Origin: Candidatus Dormiibacterota bacterium
GTDB taxonomy: Bacteria; Chloroflexota; Dormibacteria; Aeolococcales; Aeolococcaceae
Direction of reading: 5' to 3'
Assembly: GCA_003153125.1 (NCBI GenBank)
Contig: PLWW01000123.1
Coordinates: 10,463-65,293, forward strand
Length of the DNA stretch: 54,831 bases
In this document: positions 48,846 to 54,831 of the stretch, in pieces
How the letters are laid out: every line of letters starts with the position of its first letter
Numbering within the stretch: position 1 is the stretch's first letter
Notes under the pieces: model-generated
What the model was told of the DNA's origin: nothing
Seen by the model: the letters and a program-made list of their open reading frames with translations, nothing else
Databases searched by the model: none
Program-made: the position numbers and the translations under genes

Positions 48846-50036
48846 TCATCCGGAGATGGCGATGGCCGTGGTGAGGCCGAAGATGGAGAGCGAGATCGCG
48901 CCGGCGACGTAGGCGGCCGCGGCGACGACGATCCCGCGCCTCCGCCTGGCCCCTCGCGCCACGCCCCACACCAGCAGCAGGAGCGGACCCGCCGCCGCCA
49001 CGAGCAGGTAGCGTCCCTGCGGCTGGAACACGACCACGACGGCGTTGGCCAGCGAGAGCGCCAGCGCGCCGGCGGCGGCGAGCGCGTACGCGACCACCGC
49101 CGTCTGCCGTCCGCGCGGCCAGCCCGGCCACGCGCGCACGAGGAGAACGACGCCGACGACCAGGCCGGCGAGGAGTGCCGCCGCGAAGAACGCCATCAGG
49201 GCGCGCCCCGCAGGCGGCAGGATCAACGGCGACCCCTGGTAGCGCTCCGGTGTCAACAGCCCGTACATCGTCTGGGAGAGGAACACCCGCAGCTGCGCCA
49301 GGTTGCGCAGCCGGCTGGGAGGGACGCCGAGCGGCGTCAGCGGGGGCAGGAGGCGGTGGAAGGCGACCAGGTTGCGTGCGTACCACCAGCCCGAGATGGC
49401 GGCCACGGGCACCGCCACGGGCACGAGATGACCCGGCAACAGGTGACCACGCCAGTGCCAGAGGGCCACGGCGCCGAGCACGATGATCAGCGGGAGGTCG
49501 GTCTCCTTGGAGATCAGTCCCACGCCGACGCTCACCCCGATCAGCCAGAGGAGGCCGCGCCTGGGCAGGTCGGCGAGCGCCACCTGGGTGGTCACCAGCA
49601 GCAGCAGGGCGCCCGCCGCGGCCGCCAGGCTGTCGTCGGTGATCGACGCCGACACGAACTGAAAGCCGGGCAGCAGCGCCAGGGCTGCCGCCGTGCTCAC
49701 CGCCAGCCAGGGCCGGCGCGGCGCCAGCAGCCACACGATGCGCGCCACCAGGAGGACGGCGAGGACGCCGAGGAGGATCGACAGGAAGCGCAGGGCCACC
49801 GGGGGTGCCTGGATGCGCAGCAGGGCGGCCGCCATCAGGTAGTAGAGCGGAGGCTGCTGCCTCTCCGGGACCAGCGCCCCGGGAAGCGAGGCGTGGCCGG
49901 CGATCAGCTGCGCATAGGTGAGGTGCGAGTGTTCGTCGGCTGAGCTTCCGACGGGGATGCTCAGCGCGTACGTGACGGCAAAGACGGCGAAGACGGCCAT
50001 GGCCGCGACCAGGGCCAGAGCCGGGGCACGCCTCAC
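48846..50036 (-). CDS. GT-C fold membrane glycosyltransferase (ArnT/PMT_2/DUF2142-like)
   Basis: DEHSH after TM1, QQPPLYY, WWYARN, QGRYL; many TM helices. Confidence 0.8.
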   Translation of the reverse strand: MRRAPALALVAAMAVFAVFAVTYALSIPVGSSADEHSHLTYAQLIAGHASLPGALVPERQQPPLYYLMAAALLRIQAPPVALRFLSILLGVLAVLLVARIVWLLAPRRPWLAVSTAAALALLPGFQFVSASITDDSLAAAAGALLLLVTTQVALADLPRRGLLWLIGVSVGVGLISKETDLPLIIVLGAVALWHWRGHLLPGHLVPVAVPVAAISGWWYARNLVAFHRLLPPLTPLGVPPSRLRNLAQLRVFLSQTMYGLLTPERYQGSPLILPPAGRALMAFFAAALLAGLVVGVVLLVRAWPGWPRGRQTAVVAYALAAAGALALSLANAVVVVFQPQGRYLLVAAAGPLLLLVWGVARGARRRRGIVVAAAAYVAGAISLSIFGLTTAIAISG

Positions 50037-51238
50037 CCGCCGGCTGCTGTCAGGGCGCGCCGCTTCGGTGGCTTGCCCGCAGACGCCGTCGCTGTGTCGA
50101 TGGCCTCGACCAGGTGGTCGATGGCATCATCGACGTCGGTCGCGAGGGTGCCACGCCCCATGCTGAGGCGGAGCAGCGCGGTCCTGCCCGGGTCCTCGCC
50201 CATCGCCGCGAGCACGTGTGACGGCCGCGCGGCGCCGCTGGCGCAGGCCGATCCGCCCGACACCTCGACGCCGGCGCCGTCGAGGGCAGCGACCAGCGCC
50301 TCGGCGGAGGCGTCATCGACGAGCAGCGCGCTCATGTTGGGAAGCCGCTGCGCCGCCCGTGCCGCCACCCGCACGTGCGCCGCCCGCTCGAGGACGGCCG
50401 CCTCGAGGCAGTCGCGGAGCGCGCCCAACCGCGTCGCCTCGTCCTCCCGCTCGCCCTCGACCAATTCGGCGGCGACCGCGAAGCCGGCGATCGCGGCCAC
50501 GTTCTCGGTGCCACTGCGGCGCTCCCGCTCCTGGCCACCCCCATCCATCTGCGCGGTGAGGTGCGTGCCCCAGCGCGCGTACAGCACTCCACAGCCCTTG
50601 GGGCCGTAGCACTTGTGGGCGGAGAGGCTGAGCAGGTCGACGCCGAGCGCCCGGGGATCCACCGCGAGGCGACCCAGCGCCTGGACGGCGTCGGTGTGCA
50701 CCAGCGTGCGCGGGTTGGCCAGGCGCACAAGCCGGGCGGCGTCGGCGACGTCCTGGACGGCGCCGACCTCGTTGTTGGCGAGCATCATCGACACCAGCGT
50801 GGTGTCATCGCGCACAGCGGCGGCGACGCGCTCCGGGTCGACGCGCCCGGCGGCGTCGCAGCCCACCACGGTCACCTCGGCCTCGCCCCGCGCGGCCAGC
50901 GCCGCCGCGGTGCCGAGAACTGCCTCATGCTCGACGGCGCTGACGACCACGTGGCGGCCGCGCTCGCCACCCCACCTCTGCAGCGCGCCGCGCACGGCGA
51001 GGTTGTCGGCCTCGGTGCCGCCGCTGGTGAACGTGAGCTCACGTGGCGCGCAGCCGAGGACGGCGGCGAGCCGGTCACGGGCGTCGTCGATGGCGGCCCG
51101 CGCGCGCCGCCCGCGATCGTGCGCCGAGGACGGGTTTCCCCAGTGCTCGCGGAGGAACGGAAGCATCGCCTCGACCACCTCGGGTGCGGGTGGCGTCGTG
51201 GCCGCGTGGTCGAGGTAGATGCGCCGGGCCGAGATCAG
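50033..51238 (-). CDS. IscS/NifS-type cysteine desulfurase
   Basis: YLDHAATTP, GNPSS, LSAHKCYGPKG, SGGSAC; start uncertain (CTG overlapping the upstream stop). Confidence 0.92.
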   Translation of the reverse strand: MISARRIYLDHAATTPPAPEVVEAMLPFLREHWGNPSSAHDRGRRARAAIDDARDRLAAVLGCAPRELTFTSGGTEADNLAVRGALQRWGGERGRHVVVSAVEHEAVLGTAAALAARGEAEVTVVGCDAAGRVDPERVAAAVRDDTTLVSMMLANNEVGAVQDVADAARLVRLANPRTLVHTDAVQALGRLAVDPRALGVDLLSLSAHKCYGPKGCGVLYARWGTHLTAQMDGGGQERERRSGTENVAAIAGFAVAAELVEGEREDEATRLGALRDCLEAAVLERAAHVRVAARAAQRLPNMSALLVDDASAEALVAALDGAGVEVSGGSACASGAARPSHVLAAMGEDPGRTALLRLSMGRGTLATDVDDAIDHLVEAIDTATASAGKPPKRRALTAAGG

Positions 51239-52317
51239 CTCATCCCCAGGGAGCCCCAGAGCTCGAGCTTGTTGCGGACCGCCTCGATGACTGCGGCGGT
51301 GAACTCGTCGGTGAAGGAGTGGCCGCCGAGGTCGGCGGTGCGCGTTCCGGCCCGCACCGTCTCGAAAGTGGCCTCGTACATGGCGCGCGACGCCAGCTTG
51401 CACCGAGGGTCGACTGAAAAGCTGAGCAGGGAGGCGGCGGCGAGGATCATGGCCATGGGGTTGGCGATGTTCTTCCCGAGTAGAGCCGGGGCGGTGCCGT
51501 GGGGGGCCTCGGCCATCACCACGTGCGGCCTTGTCGAGTCCTCCGTGAAGCCGAGCAGAAGTGACTCGGCGCCGGCGATGCTGCCGAAGAGCTGCAGGAC
51601 GAAATCGCTGAGGCAGTCGCCGTCACGATTCAGCGCCGGGATGACCAGGGCGTCGCCGCCGTGGGTGAGGAGCAGAGCGTAGGTGGCGTCGATCAACTGG
51701 GGCTCGTAGGCCACGTCGGGATAGCGCTGCGCGGCGGCGTCCATCTCCTCCTTGAGCATCCCCTCGTACACGGGCGACACGGTGAACTTGGGGCCGCCGA
51801 AGACGCGCGCGTGGGTGCGGCGCGCGTGCGCAAAGGCGAACTCCGACACCGCCCGGCACGTCGACCGTGAGATGTGCTCGGTGCGGAATGCGACCTCGTC
51901 GTCGCCGGACCCCTCGCGCCACTCCGTGGCGTTGTAGGAGTCGTCGACGGCCATGCGGACCACGCTGATGGGCGCGCTCACGCCGGCGACCGACGGAACC
52001 CCGGGGATGCGACGCCCGGTGCGCAGGATCACTTTGCCGCCGACCCGCTTGCGCAGCAGTGCGTTGGGGCTGCCCACGTCGCCGGCTTGCTCAGGGGTCA
52101 CCGTGGCCGCCTTCAGCCCGTAGCCACAGGCCACCATGGCGTCGGCCGCGTCGAGCACCACGGCGTTGGCGGTGGCCCGGCGGTTCTCGAGGGAGAGGTC
52201 GAAATGACGCAGCTCGAGGTCCGCGCCGATCACCTCGGGAGCGATCACCCGCAGGGCCTCCTCGAGGAGCTCCTGCCCGGTCTGGTCGCCGCCGAGCACG
52301 GCGATAGTCGTGGTCAT
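51235..52317 (-). CDS. Isocitrate/isopropylmalate dehydrogenase family protein
   Basis: GDQTGQE, NRDGDCLSD, EAPHGTAP, NPMAMILA, TADLGG. Confidence 0.9.
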   Translation of the reverse strand: MTTTIAVLGGDQTGQELLEEALRVIAPEVIGADLELRHFDLSLENRRATANAVVLDAADAMVACGYGLKAATVTPEQAGDVGSPNALLRKRVGGKVILRTGRRIPGVPSVAGVSAPISVVRMAVDDSYNATEWREGSGDDEVAFRTEHISRSTCRAVSEFAFAHARRTHARVFGGPKFTVSPVYEGMLKEEMDAAAQRYPDVAYEPQLIDATYALLLTHGGDALVIPALNRDGDCLSDFVLQLFGSIAGAESLLLGFTEDSTRPHVVMAEAPHGTAPALLGKNIANPMAMILAAASLLSFSVDPRCKLASRAMYEATFETVRAGTRTADLGGHSFTDEFTAAVIEAVRNKLELWGSLGMS

Positions 52318-52403
52318 CGCGCCACAGCGTAGCCGCGTTCCCACGCTTCACGCAGCGCGGCGACGACCGCTGCGCAACGCGCGCGGCTGCCTATGATCCG
52401 CGC

Positions 52404-52937
52404 GTGCCGTCCCCCTCGCCGACCACCACCGCAGAAGAGCGCCGGCCGGCGGCGATCCTCGCCATCTACAGCTGGGACATGGTCCTCGCCCTGCTCGCCC
52501 TGCTCGGTGCCCTCGCGGCCTTCGGCGGGCAGGCCACGGTGGGGAGCAGGACGGTCAGCGTGAGCCTCGGCGAGCAGGTGCTCGCCGCCGTCGAGTCGGC
52601 GTCGTTCGCGGGGCTGCTGATCATCCTCGCGACGCTGCTGACACGGCGGCGGCGCTGGGTGCGGCGCGCTCAGATCGTCACCCTGGCGACTGCGATCGCG
52701 CTCGGGGCGGTGTCGCTGCTGCTCGCCGCCGTCGTCCCCGGCCAGGGCCTCCAGGCGAGTGCTCTGACCGCGCTCCTCGTTCTCGTGGTCGACGCCGCGG
52801 CGATCCTGGCGCTGACCGGGCAGAAGGTGATCGGCTGGTACGAGCAGGACGGCGCCATGCCCCGTTACATCAGCGGGACGATCGCCTTCTGGGCGATCAC
52901 CAGCGCGGTGCTCATCGTGCTCCAGACCCTGCGCTGA
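52404..52937 (+). CDS. Hypothetical membrane protein (about 5 TM)
   Basis: Hydrophobic helices; TATGAT 6 nt before GTG. Confidence 0.7.
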   Translation: MPSPSPTTTAEERRPAAILAIYSWDMVLALLALLGALAAFGGQATVGSRTVSVSLGEQVLAAVESASFAGLLIILATLLTRRRRWVRRAQIVTLATAIALGAVSLLLAAVVPGQGLQASALTALLVLVVDAAAILALTGQKVIGWYEQDGAMPRYISGTIAFWAITSAVLIVLQTLR

Positions 52938-52946
52938 GGCGCTGGC

Positions 52947-53324
52947 TCAGATCATCGAGAGCAGGTCGCCGACCACGGCGACCAGGGCGTCCTCGTCCAG
53001 TGGCTTGGCGAGGACCGCGGCGGCGCCAAGCTGCAGCGCACGCTCCTTGGTCCGGACGTCCCCGGGCGGGGTGAGGATGACCACGCCCGCGCGGGGATGG
53101 TCGGGTGAGAAGCGGACCGCCTGGAAGTACTCGAGGCCGTCGACGTCGAGCGTGGTGTCGAGGAGGAGCAGGTCGGGCGGGTTGTCGTCCATCTGCTGGC
53201 GCAGCTCGCGCATCTGACGGACCCATTTGACCTCGTGGCCGGCCTCGATCAGCCGGCTCACCACCGGGGCGGCGACCGACGCCTGGTCTTCCGCGAGCAG
53301 GATCCGCGCGGGCATCCCCATCAC
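52947..53324 (-). CDS. Single-domain response regulator
   Basis: ILLAED, LLLLD, ILT, AKP receiver motifs. Confidence 0.85.
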   Translation of the reverse strand: MMGMPARILLAEDQASVAAPVVSRLIEAGHEVKWVRQMRELRQQMDDNPPDLLLLDTTLDVDGLEYFQAVRFSPDHPRAGVVILTPPGDVRTKERALQLGAAAVLAKPLDEDALVAVVGDLLSMI

Positions 53325-53479
53325 CTGCGGATGGTACCGAGCGGGACCTCTGCCCGGCTGCCGGTCCGGCCGTGCGGGGCGCCCCCGTCGAACGCGTACA
53401 CTGACCTGGATGCCCAGCACCGAGGCCAGGGTCGCCGCCGACATGACGACATGACGGCGGCGCCACGGCCAGCTGCCTG

Positions 53480-54088
53480 ATGCGCGGACCGCGTCTCCTG
53501 CAGCGCCTCCTCGGCGGCGGGGAGAAGGCGCGACGTCTCCCCAGAGAGGAGCGGCCCCACCTCGTCGACGCTCACACCCGCACCTTCTGGAGCCGCGGGG
53601 CGCTGTCCCCGGCGACCCTGGTGGAGAGCGACGAGGCCACGCCCGCGGCGGCGCGCGGGGGACGCGCCGCGACACTCGTCGCCGACCACCAGCGCGGCGC
53701 CACCGGCGCGGCGCTGCCGCGCGCCAACCCCGCCTTCAGCGAAGCGGTGTTCGTGGAGTTGATGCGCGCCCGCCAGTATCGGCGCGCGTTCTCCCTGCTC
53801 AGCCCCGAGTGCCAGCAGAGCTGGGGCTCGCTGCAGGCGTTCATCGATGCGCAGCGCATCGGTGCTCTCGCGCAGCTGCGCGGCGTGCAGGTGGACAGCG
53901 TGCGCCGGCTCGACAACTGGCGCGACCCGGACTCCGGAATGGTCCACGAGCACGCCGCTGAGCTTGATGTGCGCTACCAGATCGGCGACGCCACGCGCAC
54001 CATCAGCGTGCCACGCACAGTCCACCTCGTCGCCTTCGCGGGGGGGTGGCGATCGCTCTGTTACCCGACTGCGACGGGGTCGCACTGA
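53480..54088 (+). CDS. Hypothetical protein (possible NTF2-like C-terminus)
   Basis: YRRAFSLLSPE...GGWR pattern; GC3-rich frame. Confidence 0.6.
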   Translation: MRGPRLLQRLLGGGEKARRLPREERPHLVDAHTRTFWSRGALSPATLVESDEATPAAARGGRAATLVADHQRGATGAALPRANPAFSEAVFVELMRARQYRRAFSLLSPECQQSWGSLQAFIDAQRIGALAQLRGVQVDSVRRLDNWRDPDSGMVHEHAAELDVRYQIGDATRTISVPRTVHLVAFAGGWRSLCYPTATGSH

Positions 54089-54140
54089 GCTGCGTCCGCA
54101 TTGACCGGCGCGCCGCTTGAGCGTGCGTACAATGCAGCCG

Positions 54141-54560
54141 ATGGAGAACGCAGCGCTTCCGCAACGTGTCGGCGTCTCCGGCGACGCCGCCATTCCCCGG
54201 TATATGCCGGGGCCGCTCGAACGCACCGTCCTCGAGCTGCGCCGCATCGATCGGCACGCGGTCTGGCGCCGTCCGAGGGTGGGGCGCACCCGGTTGCTCC
54301 TGCGTGAGTCCGACGCGCTGATCGACCTCATCGAGCGCTGCCGTGAGCGCGAGGATCGGCTCCTGCCCACGCAGCTGTGGAGCGCTGTGGTGCGCTTCGT
54401 CGGAGCCCTCGACGGAGACCTCCGCGACGAGCTTGGCATCAACCGCGAGCCCGGCCATGTCGCCGACGTTGTCTTCGCCAGCCAGAGAAAGCTCCTCGAG
54501 CGCGCCCGCATGGAGCGCACCTCAGCGACCGGACGGATCATCCCGCTCTTTCGCGGCTAG
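54141..54560 (+). CDS. Hypothetical helical protein
   Basis: TACAAT 7 nt before ATG; GC3-rich frame. Confidence 0.6.
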   Translation: MENAALPQRVGVSGDAAIPRYMPGPLERTVLELRRIDRHAVWRRPRVGRTRLLLRESDALIDLIERCREREDRLLPTQLWSAVVRFVGALDGDLRDELGINREPGHVADVVFASQRKLLERARMERTSATGRIIPLFRG

Positions 54561-54605
54561 CGAGGGCGTGGCGGCGCCGGCCACGGCCTGCTGCGGGGCT
54601 GAGCA

Positions 54606-54831
54606 TTGACCTGGGACATCGCCGTCGCCGGCACGGTCCACGTCGACGACATCGTCACGCCGGCCGGCGCGGCCACGGGCCTGCTGGGTGGCTCCGCCGT
54701 GTATTTCGCGCTCGCGGCAGCTCGATCGGCCACCGTCCACATCAACGGCATCGTGGGCACGGACCACGCGGCCGCATTCCTCGAGCTGCTGGGTGGACCG
54801 CGGGTGACCACGGAGGGCATGGTGGTCAGCG
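54606..54831 (+). CDS. PfkB family carbohydrate kinase (5' part, runs off the window)
   Basis: TTG start; IAVAGTVHVDDIVTP...LGGSAVYFALAA...GIVGTD. Confidence 0.8.
   Translation, partial: MTWDIAVAGTVHVDDIVTPAGAATGLLGGSAVYFALAAARSATVHINGIVGTDHAAAFLELLGGPRVTTEGMVVS

Overview
A high-GC bacterial chromosome segment spanning the replication origin. The core is dnaA-oriC-dnaN, divergent from rpmH-rnpA-yidD-yidC-jag. recF-dciA and parA-parB are displaced and inverted relative to the usual order, and a parS palindrome lies upstream of parA. The left arm has a probable rpsF start, a beta-propeller protein, an orphan sensor kinase, TetR/cupin, two orphan beta-class DNA methyltransferases around an acyl-CoA dehydrogenase, a MaoC dehydratase, folP-folK, an OmpR-type regulator and a DUF4388-like/lipoprotein/glycolipid synthase run. 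The right arm has ndk, lepB, SOD, a SigK/RskA-like pair and a split Suf system whose two promoters share a 27-bp Rrf2-type palindrome. It also has the most interesting locus: sqdB (UDP-sulfoquinovose synthase) with a flippase-like protein, an epimerase, a polyprenol-phosphate-type GT2 and a GT-C membrane transferase, and no sulfolipid synthase in the window. This suggests lipid-carrier-mediated sulfoquinovosylation of the cell surface. Many genes look leaderless and rpmH appears to begin with ATC. The gene content suggests a Terrabacteria lineage such as Ca. Dormibacterota (inference only). No rRNA, tRNA, CRISPR array or mobile element was recognised. All calls come from reading motifs by eye; no searches were run.
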